NCBI GenBank assembly: GCA_977020255.1
Contig: CDROCS010000465.1
Location: forward strand, 868,001 to 932,000
DNA: 64,000 bases
Direction: 5' to 3'
Origin: Obrimoposthia wandeli
Lineage: Eukaryota
Shown here: positions 7,980 through 21,081 of the stretch, one piece after another
Layout: every line of letters begins with the position of its first letter
Numbering within the stretch: position 1 is the first letter of the stretch
Notes under the pieces: model-generated
Told to the model about the DNA's origin: nothing
Database searches by the model: none
What the model saw: the letters and a program-made list of their open reading frames with translations, nothing else
Program-made: the position numbers and the translations under genes

Positions 7980-8505
7980 TTTGACCTCACCGTGACCTTA
8001 AGTTGTCCTCATGACCTTAAGTTGACCTTAAAGTACATTGTCCTCATCATGAGCTTAACTTGACCTTAAAGTACATTGTCCTCATGACGTCATGACCTTA
8101 AGTTGACCTTAAAGTACATTGACCTTAACTTGACTTGACCTCATGAGGTCATGACCTACATCTTGTCCTCACCGTGACCTTAAGTTGACCTCATGAGGTC
8201 ATGTCCTCACCGTGACTTTAAACTGTGCTCAAGGGGGGGTATGCTCAAAATGTCTTTGTCCTGAAAGACACACATCCCCCTACTTGATGTGTGTCTTTCA
8301 GGACAAAGACATTTTCCTGAGCATAGGGGGGTCATGACCTCATGAGGTCATGACCTAGATTTTTCCCATGACCTCATGAGGTCATGACCTACATCTTGAC
8401 CTCACCGTGACCTTAACTTGACCTACATTTTTTGTCCTCAACTTGACCTTAAAAAATTTTGTTCTCAGGGGGGGCTTTGTTCCAGAAGTGCTACATCTAC
8501 CTACT
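7980..8505. repeat. Terminal (inverted) repeat region of the Polinton-like element, built from TGACCT/AGGTCA modules
   Basis: About 24 exact TGACCT/AGGTCA hexamers by manual count. It ends CTTTGTTCCAGAAGTGCTACATCTACCTACT, an ending shared with 55100-55155. The partner repeat is outside the window, so its inverted nature is inferred. Confidence 0.75.
8240..8325. repeat. Perfect hairpin inside the terminal repeat
   Basis: AAAATGTCTTTGTCCTGAAAGACACACATC (8247-8276) is the exact reverse complement of 8286-8315, with a 9-nt loop. TATGCTCA/TGAGCATA extend the stem. Confidence 0.9.
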
Positions 8506-8549
8506 TACCTTCACTGATTTGTTTCTGTCACTTCGTGATTGATTCCCAC

Positions 8550-9200
8550 CTGATTTACAACAAATGGTTTATATCTCCCAGGTTGATTGATCCCTTAATA
8601 TCTCAATCATTGTCGATCTCTGTAATCAGCTTTTACTTGTATACACATCACACGCCATCCTCATATTTCTACAATTATCCTATTCAAGTTACTTCGTAAT
8701 TTTGACACAATGAATCATATTCTTCAAACATTTCCAATAGTTTGTCACGCTGTGCCAAAAACAATTCTAAGCTTAGATGTCCCAGAAAATGTAGTAAGTA
8801 CTGTCGTACAATAAGCAAACTCACACTTGTTTAACCCGCTTCTCTTTTTGTTTCCCAACCTGGATCATCCCACTTAACCACTTCACAATTCACCCTCACC
8901 TCCTCCTGAGCACACTTCCTCGGAATTATGACAGTCAACCATTTATTTCCGTTCATGGACTCTAAACTCGCAGCATATAAGTATATATCTTGTTTAGTCA
9001 ATTCACAACCAGCATTGGGCATCTGTTCGATTTCCCTAAATTGTCTCAGCTGATGACTTTTCTGTCTCAACTTTCTCAATACATGTCCATCATAGTGTTG
9101 TCTACCTAGCCACCAGTTTGACACGTCTACATCTGCTATCTTCCACACAAGTGTACATATCCATCATATTTGCACCTGTGATAATTTTCTCCATAATCAC
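8550..9200 (-). mobile_element. Highly decayed non-LTR retrotransposon RT fragment (RTE-like)
   Basis: HVLRKLRQKSHQ..., GVKQ-like and GSINLGDINHLL segments resemble RT motifs, but with many stops. Confidence 0.35.
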
Positions 9201-10049
9201 TCTGTTTAACTTACGACCACTATATGACTCTTATGATTTCCAGTCACTTCTTTAATAACTAACACAAAAAACGTTTTTTTCAAATGAATTTTTAAGATTT
9301 TTAATCTGAAAATATATCTTCTTACATCTCCCCTCCTTCACTATTCTCTATATTACTACGATTATGATGTTACTTTTAATGCTGTCTGATCTAAAATAAT
9401 CTGTCATAGACTGACAAATATAACTGGTGGTACTGACATAATCTATTAACACATTAATTATTATTTTCTTCTCACCATTCCTCATGATTATTGGAGTCGT
9501 TCACAATGTCACCTTCATTTTCTGTTGAACCTAGAAATATGTTTGTTCTATCAGATTCATTTGTCTATACAGCCCTAATCTTTCGTTTCTATTTTCATGC
9601 GTTAAAGCCAATGATGACTTTGACTACATTTATCTATATAACAAAATTGGCTGTGATTACAAAAACTTTCCCAATAGTCTTTATGCATTTATTGTACAAC
9701 CCTTTGTTTTTTATAATTTTCATCGGACAATTTCTTAAACTTACTACACTGGTCGGTGTAATGTTCTGCTGTACAATACTATCTTCCGATTTGCAATTCA
9801 TATCAAAGTTATTAATTTTTTTAAATCTTTGCTATATTCTTAGCATATTATTTTTTATCTTTTTACATCATCCAACACATTTTGAAGCTGTCATTTTTAT
9901 TCAAGTTTTTCTATTTCCATGTCATAACCTTCTTCCGAAAATCCATAATTTTTGATAAACTGGAGAAGCTTTTTAATCTGGTTTAAACGTTTCTTTAACT
10001 CCTCCTACCCGTCTTTTCCCTTCAATTCAATAGAGGTGGGTGAAAAATG

Positions 10050-10760
10050 AAATGATACTACAAATTATGAGCAGAAAGAAACTCGTAAATAGTGAAAAAT
10101 ATTCAAAATATACCGACATGGAAAAGGAACTGTCTTATTATGTTATTGATAAGCCTAAGGAGGATATTGTTTTTCGACTATTCAAGTTCGATTGAAGGCA
10201 TAAATTTGGCAAAATTTATGACAGGGACTGATCATTTCAAAGCCTTCACGAAATAATGTATGGATTCTTCTGACGACAGCCATTGTCTATTCGTAGAATA
10301 ATGATCATTATTTAAAACTTTGAAGTTTATGAGGATAAAATTATCGAGTTTCCGAAGTTTTTAATACAAATAAGAAAACAAAATGAATAAGAAATGTCTC
10401 AAATTGAAAACAAATATCAATTACCATTAACATTCAAAATTTCATCCTACATTACCTTAATTATAAAGGGAACTACTTCGGTCAATGTAAAAGCAACCGT
10501 TAATGCAGAGAATCGATTCAACGTAATGTTAGCATTGACTACCGATGGGGAAAAATTTTCCTCCAATTATAATTTTTTAGCGCAAAACATATCGCAAAGG
10601 AACAATTTACTAAGTGTATAATTGTTCAGGTCTAGGCAAAAGGGTGAATGGACGATAACATAATGTTATGTTGGGTAAATAGTGTTTGGTGTAAATGACC
10701 AGGAGGTCTTATTAATGGCAGAAATATAAAAAATGCCAATCTTGTGACAATATATGCATT
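10050..10760 (+). mobile_element. Decayed pogo/Tigger-type transposase (CENP-B HTH plus DDE_1)
   Basis: KYTDMEKELSYYVID, RRQPLSIRR, IIKGTTSVNVKATVNAENRFNVMLALTTDGEK. Confidence 0.65.
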
Positions 10761-11588
10761 GTCTTCTTTGTACGTTAAAATGATAGGTAAATCATTTAAG
10801 AAATGTTCCATTCAAATGTTATGTAAGACTCTGAAGACGATATCTTGTGAGAGGATTCACAATAGATATCAATGATGATTCAGACAGTGATGATAACAGA
10901 AATTTTGGCAACAAATTGTATACGAATGAACGGCTAGACATTCAAAATTTGAATATCAGTAATGTCAGTGAATAGTATCATAGTAATAATTTCCAGAATT
11001 AAAATATGGAAAAATATTATATTGTATATAATATAATTGAATTGAATTTTAAATCCAATAACTACAAAAAATTGCTTTAAAACTTTAAAACGCAAATCTT
11101 AATATTATCTTGACAATTTGTGCAGAAGTACATAATTAAAATTAAATGAAATATAAAAAGCTTGTTTAAGTACACTATATCTTTAAAATTTTGATTATCA
11201 AAATGAAAAAATGTTCACTATTACTTTGTTAAATAAACGAAATACGAATGTATTTTGATAAATTTAACCTGAAAATTTTCAATTTGTAAAGATTTTATTT
11301 TATTTTTAAACTAAAATTTATAAATAAAAAAAATTGAAAATATATTTAATTCAACCAATTTAACTATTATAAAATGTATTTAGCAGTTAATAACACTTAT
11401 GCAAAATATTTATGTTACATTACATTAAAACATTTTTTAAATAAATTTTATTTATTCCTCATTTTATTGTAAAAAAAACTTTTAAACTTATTTATCGTAA
11501 ATTACGAATTTTAGCTACAACAAAAATTACAATTGTTATATTTTACAGTGTAAAAAATATAAGGTAATACAATTGATTAATATTGCGT

Positions 11589-12008
11589 TCCAAACACCTG
11601 TATTATCTAATAAACAAATGTTATGTTTTTTCATCAAATAAATTTTATTCATAGTTTTCCAAAAAAATTTGGAAAATAGACATATTTAAATAGTAATGCA
11701 TACAAAAAAAGAATAATAAAAGTATTTCAAAAATAATATTGGATGGCAGATAAGCTGACATAGGATAAAGGAATAATAAAAGCACATATTGTAAATTGTC
11801 CAAACACCTGTATTATCTAATAAACAAATGTTATGTTTTTTCATCAAATAAATTTTATTCATAGTTTTCCAAAAAAATTTGGATAATAGACATATTTAAA
11901 TAGTAATGCATACAAAAAAAGAATAAAAAAAGTATTTCAAAAATAATATTGGATGGCAGATAAGCTGACATAGGATAAAGGAATAATAAAAGCACATATT
12001 GTAAATTG
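11589..12008. repeat. Near-perfect tandem duplication of ~211 bp
   Basis: TCCAAACACCTGTATTATC...GCACATATTGTAAATTGT occurs twice head to tail. Confidence 0.9.
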
Positions 12009-14941
12009 TTACTAAAAATATAAAATAAAAAAGTTTCATTAAAAAACAGTAAAGTAATTTAGCCAACATCAATGTATTTCCCTGAGAAGGTTAAATGGAA
12101 GAATAAAAGGTATGGAGTTTGAATTGCCAATTGATAAAAACGTATTATATAATTAAATTAGAAATTTTGCAAGAAGTACTAATGAATCGAGAATTTACAG
12201 AATGGAAGTAAGAAGTTTGTAGAGAGACAGTGTCCTCACCGAATTGGTAACTAATGTTTACAGGTTAATTCACACATGTTCAATATTGTTAAGATTTTAT
12301 TTACAGACTGTAAATTTGGACAGATCAAAGAACTGTTTACCTGGACTGATAAATTGACTTTAATGAAAAAATTGCACATTTCCAAAAAATTTCAATATTG
12401 TTTTTTGATATATTCATACTTGTTCAATACCATTATGCTATTGTTCACAGGCTGTATTGTGAGAACCATTTTCAACAGTACTAACAGTGTTAGTATCACA
12501 AGTATATATAAAAGGCGACCGGAATTAACATGCACATAAAAGAGAAGACCAAAGTTCAACAAGAGAAGAAATGAAAAATAAATTAATTAAAATGGAAGAC
12601 AAAGAGTAAGTACGAGACAGAAGAAATAGAAAGACATAAGCCGCCGAACCCACATCACATAATGTAATTAAGGGTAAATAAATTATTCGTAACATAATTA
12701 AAATAAAATATGGAAATAACTGAGTGCACTCTTGTAAATCGTTAAAATTTTATTATCTGATACTTGAAAGTTTGTAAGTGGAACTTTATATAACTTCAGT
12801 TTAACTGTATTTATTTTAGTTTTAGTAACTAACCATTTGTAATTCAATTTGTATTGTGCATGGTTTTTAGATTATCAATGGTCGTAGCTGGAATGGGTTT
12901 TTCTTGTTACAAAATAGCTGTTTGTTTTGAAGTTATGGATTCTTGATTGACCAAACAACTTTTAACGAAAGATTTAATTGAATCTGCTTGACTGCTAATT
13001 ACATGTTCTTATATTAAATCACCAAAGGTTTTGATTGAATTAAGATTATTTTGTAAACAACTGCTTACATACCACAAGACACGCATTATCTATCCAGAAA
13101 CAAGTTTAAGAAAATTTTTACTAGGGTATGTCATAAAAGATATGCTCTTAAAGAACTCAATTTCGGAATAAATAATTTGAGTAAGATAATTATTCAGAAA
13201 ATAATTTTCCATACAATTGTTGCAAATAATTACTATGGCTACATTTAATATTCATCTTAGCTTAATATAATAATTTACTCTTTTTCGTTTTGTACTGGAT
13301 GACAAGCATTGTTGCCTTCACCAATGGAGTTTTTTTTACAATTGAGTTCAATTGCATTATTAAATAACACGACAATGGAAAGAAATTGTGGTTACAATAT
13401 GATTATCAATTGATGACACAAGTAGGTTGATTCGAACAATATCTGGCTTCATAAATGTATATTTCAATGTAAAAATTAATTAGAACATATAGTAGAAGTG
13501 TATGTGAATAATACTATTGGATATATCCAAATATAACTTTTACTAAATTAAAATTGATGCTTTAGATTTAAAGAAATAGAATTTGAAATCAAATGAAAAA
13601 GTTGGTCAAAAAAAGCGTATTGTAAATTTTCTTAAATTAAATGTTTAGTATAAAAACATTCAATCTTTATTTTTTATAATATAAATATTTTAATATCTAC
13701 TTTTATATTTGTATTGTTTGTTTAACATGTTTATTGTCATGAAAATAAAAAAAGATAATATATTACCTTTAAAAAGAAGTAATTGAGTATTCTATTTTCA
13801 GTAAATTTTGTTAAATTAAAACTATAAAAAATGTTTCAGAATTTCAATTTTATAATGATGAATGTTTGTTTAAGCACGAACTCAATTTTATTTAGATTTA
13901 GCTATCACATATAACTGTGCTGTTTATAGAGTTGGTTGCATTTTTCAATATAATTCATGGATTTTTCACTTTTATCATGTCCCATTAGATCATTCCAATC
14001 AGTAGTAAGTACTTATGATAATAATTTTAACCATCAATATAGCTTTACTTATACATAGTTTCTTTGCTGTAACGATACATTGTAACAAGTGAAAAAGCGA
14101 ATTGTATTTAATTGATTTAGTTAACACTATTTTTCACAGTTAATTTTAACATATTGAACTTTTTTGTAAATGTCAATCTTTTGATATCAGATCATTATCT
14201 TTTTCGAGAAAAGATTTTAAACTAATTGCTATAAATTTGATGAAAATGTCAAATTAATAGTAATGGATCACACTTTTAACAATTTTAGACAATGGTTACG
14301 CAGATATATACATCAAATTGTATAAACGAAGTTATATTAAAAAATCTAAATATTCTCAGAGCTCATATGATAAATGAGAATAATACTTCCGTTGATGTTG
14401 TGAGGGCCGGATTAGACTCCTCTATATCAGTTTCATTCTTCTAAGTACCGTCTTTTGTAGTGTTGCTCAAGTGAATGTTTTGCTATGTGCATCTTAAGAT
14501 GCAGTGCAAGTATTCAGTTACAGTTATCCGTGTTCATATACGCGTAGTCATAGTAAAAAGTAAATTAAAAAACTTATCTTGCTTTAAAATTTGGATGAAA
14601 TTTATGTTGACTTTGTATAACTACACTAAAATAAATATTTTTCATTTGCCGCAATCTACAAAACGAATTAAAAAGTAATTTCAAGTACAATCTTTTATTT
14701 TTTTTCTCAAAGAAAAAAGCGAGAACAAGTAGGTAAATTAGTTTTGAATATGTTCAGGATGCGTAAATCGAATAATTAATGCTTTAATTATTGTAATTTT
14801 AAAATGTTTCTTCGAGGAGAAGCTTATTTATTCAATATTGGAGTATTTTCGTTTAACTAAAACTGTATTATTTCCTTTGTTGGAAAATATGAGCCACTGA
14901 TTTAATCCCCATTCGTACATATTGATGAGTTCCTCTTGCAG

Positions 14942-17900
14942 ATGCAGTCTGCCACTGCCCTGGCGGAATCTCTGCCGAAAGAAGATCTTTACATTGCTTT
15001 GAAATCGTCAATCAGTCTCATGGATAAGATTGTGGATCTGATGCAATCGTGTGGTTCCAACATCAATCCAGTGAACAATAGCAACAATGTTGACATCAGT
15101 GCCTGTCTAAGCACAAACTCCTTCCTCAACTCCTTCCCACAGTCCAAACCGGACCAAGTTGGTCTCAACTTCCAAAACATTTCAACCACCAATCTCAGGC
15201 ATCAACCAGACTCGTTCCTATTCTCAAACAGACTTTCATTTCCAAGCACAGAAACTATTTCATCTTCTTGCATACTTCCTGCCTCCTCATCAGAAACTCT
15301 AGCCGTTCTGAATGGGTTCATGAAAAATGGTATTATGTCCAATAATGAGGTGTTGTTTAGTTTAGTACTTTGATAAACTAAGGGACATTAGAGATTTAAG
15401 CCATTTAAGGGAATTTTTGAGAAACAAGAAAATTTTCGTATTTTGTAGGATCAAAAAATCGAATAAAAATGTATTATCAAATGAAACATTTTCACGATAA
15501 TTTCAAATAGTTTACAATATTATTGAATACATAATTTAAATCAAAATAGGGTAATGCAATTACGCTAATAAAAATTATAATTAAGGTTATCTTGTTGACT
15601 GAACATAACTATTTTCTTGGTATATCGTCATTAAATTTTCAGTTATAAAATAAGCAGAGAATCTGGAAATTTGGCAAATTAATATTTGCCCTTAAAATTT
15701 TTGTAAATTTTTATTATACTAAATCCATAGCAAGACAAATTTCTTATATGTCGGTGAGAATATTTTTTATTTTAAAAAAGAAAGTAAAATACAATTTTAA
15801 GAAGAAAAATAAAAAAAACATTTGTTGCGTCCATGAAAATATTACAATGAACTGTCAAATTAATAAATTGATCAGAACATTCAAATTTCATCTCATAAAT
15901 AAGAACATACTTAACTACTGAGATAGCGCAATGCTAACGCATGCGATTATTACATCAATTCTTGATTTTCAAATATATTTACTGTTTAATATTCCAGCGT
16001 ATCAATTAAATCACTTGCAAACAAATTAAAAACAAGGCCGTCAGAATTATATTCAAATCAAATAAAAGTACCAGTTCATGTGAACATTTAATGAAGCTAC
16101 ATTGGCTGCCGATCAGTTCAAGAATCTACTTATTACAAAAACAAGTATTCTCTTACAAAACTTTAAATACTTATATAATCTTTTGGAAGTTAGTGCATCT
16201 TAGGATGATGAAATTCTAGAATGTTACAAAATCTTAAGTGATGGAATATTTGAAATGTATGTTCTGAATCTTCACAACAATTTGCTGATGGATATAAAAA
16301 CTGTAGCAATGTTGAAAAATTCAAGAAGCACCCGAAAACTTTACTATTCAGAAAATTTTATGAAAAATATTTGAAAAACAAAAAGAGCTTTTGAGTAATA
16401 AATCATAAAAATATTAGATATTAGCACTATATTTACCTTTTTTTATTTCTACCTATTCAATATTAAGGATATCAATTTTAATGGAAGCCAGCCGCACATT
16501 CTACCACTGAACTATAACGTCTCGTAATTTATCTCGACAACCCAACTAAGAATTTATGAATGGAGAATTATCTTATTGGTGTGACGGCATTGATCGGCAG
16601 CCAATGAAGCTTCGTTAAATGTTCTCTTGTTCTAGCGCTTTTCTTTGATTTGAATATAATCCTGACGGCCTTTATAATTTGTTTGCAAGATATTTAATTG
16701 ATACGCTGGAATATTAAACAGTAAAGATTTTGGAAAATCAAGTTTTGATGTGATAATCGCATGCGTTAGCATTGTAGTTATCTCAGTAATAAGATATGTT
16801 TTTATTAGATACATTTTTATGATATGACTGTTGCAAGTTCTTATCACTTTATTAATTTGGTGATACTTGAAATATGTTTGTAATTTTTTTTAAAAAGTAT
16901 TCTAACTATTTTTTAATGAGTTCTTTAATTGAAATATTTTTATGAATATTATTGGATTTTGGATTGTTTGGAATTCTTATATTTTATTGCTTTTTGTCTT
17001 CAAAACTGTTTTTTCTCTTTTATATTTAAGTCTGTTTGGTATTTTGGCAATTTAAATAACATTTAACAATATTTGAATAAGTTTACCATATTTAAAATTG
17101 TGCATTGTTTTTACTTACGTAATATGAACTCATTTAAAATAGTTTAAAATAAGTTACTAACATTTTAAAGTTCCAATAAATTTATAAAATGTTATATTTC
17201 GAAGAACAAGTAATATATTTGTTTATTAGTATGTGAAGTTAAATATCGCATTAGAATTGTGGTCTAGTGTCAACTCTGTGTTTTTCAAAAGGGATATATC
17301 TAAATTTAAACGCTAGAAATTCAATATCCTATTCTCAATAAATTCTGATTTTATTATTGATAAAATTTGAATGATTACTGAATGACCGTGGTTAGATTCG
17401 AGAGGTGGCCAGTCTGGAAGAGTGTGACCTGATATTTACACCCCGGTGCAGAGCTTCCTTAGCAACTACCAGCAGCATCAGCAGCATCTTACTCAATTCC
17501 AGCACCAAGACGCAGAAGAGAGTCAGCACCAACACAACAGCAACAACAATAGCCACGATGGCTGTCGTCTGTCTAAGAGTCCTGCTGATGAGATACCCAA
17601 GCTGGAGATGACTAGTCTCTCTGACCAGGGCGCTTGGAAGATGAATACAGAAGTGTCACCCACTTCTTCGTGCTACTCCTACGACGGTGTGGCTCCTGCT
17701 GGAGGGAGGGCACAGACCGCTCCAGGGATCTCGGTGGATGACTGCAGGCCAGAAGGTCGGTAGCACTGACTTAGCTGCTTCATCCTAAATCACCAGTTCT
17801 GTTTATCAAAATTGACCCACTCAGTATTCGTATTAGATCGAGTGACTTGAATGCAGAAAGCCACACATCGTACCAATTTTAAGTTTCAAGATAAGTTAAG

Positions 17901-20900
17901 GAAGTTCCGTGTCTAGTACTGATAATTCCTTTTACTAAATACAACTAGGCTCCAGATCCCATATATCCTGAGGGAAATTACTGAGGAAACCAGCTATCTT
18001 TAATGACCAATTAAAATTACGTGCAGCCAATTTAATAAAAGTTACTTGTTGCTACTCAACGGTGATGGTCAAATCATTCAATTAATGAAATTTACTTATA
18101 GTATTTATAATACATTTCATTATGTGATTCAGCAAAATTGCTGAATCTTGTATTTGGTCATTCAAAAAGGCCAATTTGTGGCCAGGGATGTGTTGTGTGC
18201 ACTGCAGGTATTGGTGTGGGGTTTGGTTATATACTATTACTGCTGAAAATAATGTAGATGTTCATCCATGAGATTTTGGTCTAGATATTAATGTTGTTGA
18301 TACAAAAAGATTCAAAGTGGTTTGGATTGATTCATTTGATATTAAAAGACATAAAACAGATCCCTGATACTCCCAATACTGATTACAACTAGTAGAGCCT
18401 TTGGCAAAATTGAAGTGTACATGAACCTTTGGACCTTTTTGATATGAATATTACAAAATGTACTACCTCAACTTTCATAGTTTATATATATCCTTTTCTC
18501 AAATTATTCGAGGAATACTTCGAGTCTATCAAAGTTAATCATATATTCTTTCTCATCTCGATGAGACGAATATTTTGGTGCTACTTTTGATAATATCCAA
18601 TCTAAATTGCAATAATTAGCAAAATTGAATTTATTCTACAGTATAATATGTATATATCCCTTTCTCTGTGAATACTTCGACTTTGTCAAAATAAACTATA
18701 TATATCCTTTCATATCTCGTTGAGACAAATGTTTTGGTACTACTTGCGATTATATTCGAGCCAAATTGCAATAATTAGCAAAATTAAATGTTATTAATAA
18801 TGTACACAATAAAATATGGATTAAATCAATTAACTGTATTTTTTTTACAAATTCGCCTAATTCTCAGGACATATAAATCGACCATAGATGATATTTTAAC
18901 ACAAGATAAATAATTTCTTCCTCTATAAGATGGATGTAATTTGAAACATACTTTTGATTATTTTCGTCTATACAAGGCTCCAAAGAGGGTACTGAAATTC
19001 ATACAAAGTCATAAATCTAGTGAATAATTCAAAAAAGTATTAAACTAATCATGGAAATAAACACAAATTATTTTGTTTTCGTTAAGACTTAATTTTTGAT
19101 ACTAATTTCAAAAGGTCATTATCAGGATTAACTTATTTAGATTAAAATATCCTTAGAATAGTTTACATTTTAGAAATTCAATTTTGTGAAAAAAATACAG
19201 AAAAAGGGTCATTTTTCAAATCTGAATTTATTCAACTTTCAAAAAAGTCATGAAATATTGAAAGGTTTTCATAATTGTTACAATTTTAAAATCATTTAAA
19301 TAATTTCGCGGATCCCACACTGCACAGAATGCAAATAATTGATTTTTCATACTTATAAACATTTATAATGATCAACTTTAACACATTCTTTCTTTCTCAA
19401 CAATTGTCTATGTATATGTTGAAAATGATGCTCTCAATTATATGGAACAAATATATATAATGTAGAATAGGTATGTGAAATATTTCAAGTAGTTTGTCGA
19501 ATAAAACTATTTTATCATTTGCGTTTCTCCAAAGAAGCACCAGAAGTTTGTTCACGTATCTCACAATATTTGTTGGAAGAATTCTGATGACAACACTCGA
19601 CTACGTGTATCACGAATAGTGACTGCATTTCTTTTGTCAAAGTCACAAATTATTGTTCTTCACACGTAATTTTGATGTGAATGATTTTGGGCTATTTTCA
19701 TATCTCAAATCTCAAGGCTATAATAATTTCATGGTTCGATTACTAATTTAAAATTTTGGTCTAATTTTTAATATGTATTAATGTATCTTAGGAATAAATT
19801 AAATTTTATTGATCTTTTTGAGACTGGAGCAGTGTACATTTATAAACAATTTTCAAATTAAAAATGTATATAAACATACAACAGTAATCAAAAATGTTCT
19901 AATAAAAGCTACCTTATTATTCATACAATTACAATGCTGACGCATGCGTTTATTACATCAGGACTTGATTTTTTAAATTCTTTATTATTTAATATTCTAG
20001 CTTATCAATTAAATCCCTGGTTAAAATTTTTAAACAAAGCTGCCTGAATTATATTAAAATGAAAGAAAAGTGCTAATCAAGTGAACACTTAATTAAGCTT
20101 CATTGGTTTATCATTGCCAGATTTAAATTCAAGATTCTACTTATAATCAAAAAAAGTCTTTTTCGATTTTGTAGCATGTGAGTGAGCATGTATATGCATC
20201 TTAGGAGGAAAGAGGAGGACTGCCGTTTAGTTAGGTAATTCTCAAATAACAAACAGTATGATGAAATATTTGAAATTTACAACAATTTATCGACAAATAT
20301 AAGAAACTGTAACAATGTTGAAAATTTCAGGAAGCAGCTGAAGAATAGACTTTTCAGAAAATAATAAAAAGAATAATAGAAAACAGGTTTTATTAGATAA
20401 TAGTCCTATATTAGATATATTATTAATGTTAAGAAGTTGATAATTGAAATTTTGAAACAAAAGCAATTATGTTAATAGTTTAAAATATTTGAACTAATTA
20501 TGGAATAAAATATCATATTTTGGTCGAAGACAGAATTAGGCTAAGCAATTTAGAATAATTGCTTTGGATAATTGCCTCGGCGCCGGCTATATTCTTTTAC
20601 TTTTTTAAACTCTCATTTTTATAAAGGTTTAATGTTGCTAAAATGAGTATTATCACGAGTAGCATGAGTGTGTTTGTGTACAGAAGAGCCGGAGGAGAGC
20701 AGTGTGGCACGGTACAACTCGTGGGGCCACGGTGGTGGAGGCCTGCACCAGCGCAGGGGTGCAGTCAACTACAGCTCGGACGAGCTCAACAAGCTGCTAG
20801 ACTCATGCGAGGTTCCGGGTCTCGTCATCGACGGAAAGAAGAACTACCGCTGCAAGTTCTGCGGCAAGATGTACGAGATCAAGAGCAGTATCCGCTACCA

Positions 20901-21081
20901 CATTCGCATCATCCACCTGAAGATGCACCTCAAGACTGCAGACATGCGCTGCAAGTTGTGTGGCCGGGTCTTCACTTGTGCCACGGCTGCCAACAAGCAC
21001 CAGATGCGCTGCCTCAACAAGACTGCTGCCGCCACAACTGCCGTTGCCGCTGCTGCATCTACCGCCACCACCTTGCAGTAG
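14942..21081 (+). CDS. C2H2 zinc-finger transcription factor-like gene; exons 14942-15349, 17452-17755, 20684-21081 (~369 aa)
   Basis: GT-AG junctions have matching phases (0, then 1). GC-rich exons sit in AT-rich introns. Fingers: YRCKFCGKMYEIKSSIRYHIRIIH and MRCKLCGRVFTCATAANKHQMRC. The ATG follows a CAG acceptor, so an upstream exon is possible. Confidence 0.8.
15870..16400 (+). mobile_element. L2/CR1-like LINE 3' fragment
   Basis: Decayed MLTHAIITSILDF...QLNHLQ...KLHWLPI, the conserved region downstream of the L2/CR1 RT. Related copies occur elsewhere in the window. Confidence 0.7.
16590..16830 (-). mobile_element. L2/CR1-like LINE fragment, inverted relative to 15870-16400
   Basis: ORF 16632-16847 reads MLTHAIITSKLDF...NIPAYQLNILQT. 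It has a 34-bp perfect reverse-complement match to the + copy. Confidence 0.7.
18486..18790. repeat. Diverged tandem duplication of ~140-165 bp
   Basis: GAATACTTCG...ATCTCG(A/T)TGAGAC...AAATTGCAATAATTAGCAAAATT occurs twice. Confidence 0.7.
19900..20400 (+). mobile_element. L2/CR1-like LINE 3' fragment
   Basis: ACAATGCTGACGCATGCGTTTATTACATC...AAGCTTCATTGG...TTCAAGATTCTAC, homologous to 15870-16400. Confidence 0.65.

Larger units (their letters stand above)
1..8505. mobile_element. Endogenous Polinton/Maverick (adintovirus-like) element, right-hand part; continues beyond the left window edge; partly decayed
   Basis: Compact gene cluster of minor capsid, rve integrase plus chromodomain, FtsK/A32 ATPase and basic core-like ORFs, followed by a repeat-rich terminal region ending ...CTACT at ~8505. 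Major capsid, protease and PolB are not in the window and are presumably to the left. Confidence 0.9.

Noticed and set aside
8418-8699. 93-aa ORF crossing the element end
   Set aside because: Spans terminal repeat and flanking decayed DNA; no motif.
9480-9960. 154-aa hydrophobic ORF
   Set aside because: Looks like the antisense of a decayed K/N-rich minus-strand frame; no family could be assigned.
12250-13460. Possible P-element/THAP transposase remnant
   Set aside because: Only weak motifs (TYPSKNF, SNQPTC) with many stops.
16481-16523. tRNA-Gly gene on the minus strand
   Set aside because: Only the D-arm (GTTCAGTGGTAGAAT) and anticodon-like bases match; no T-arm or acceptor stem. At most a SINE head remnant.
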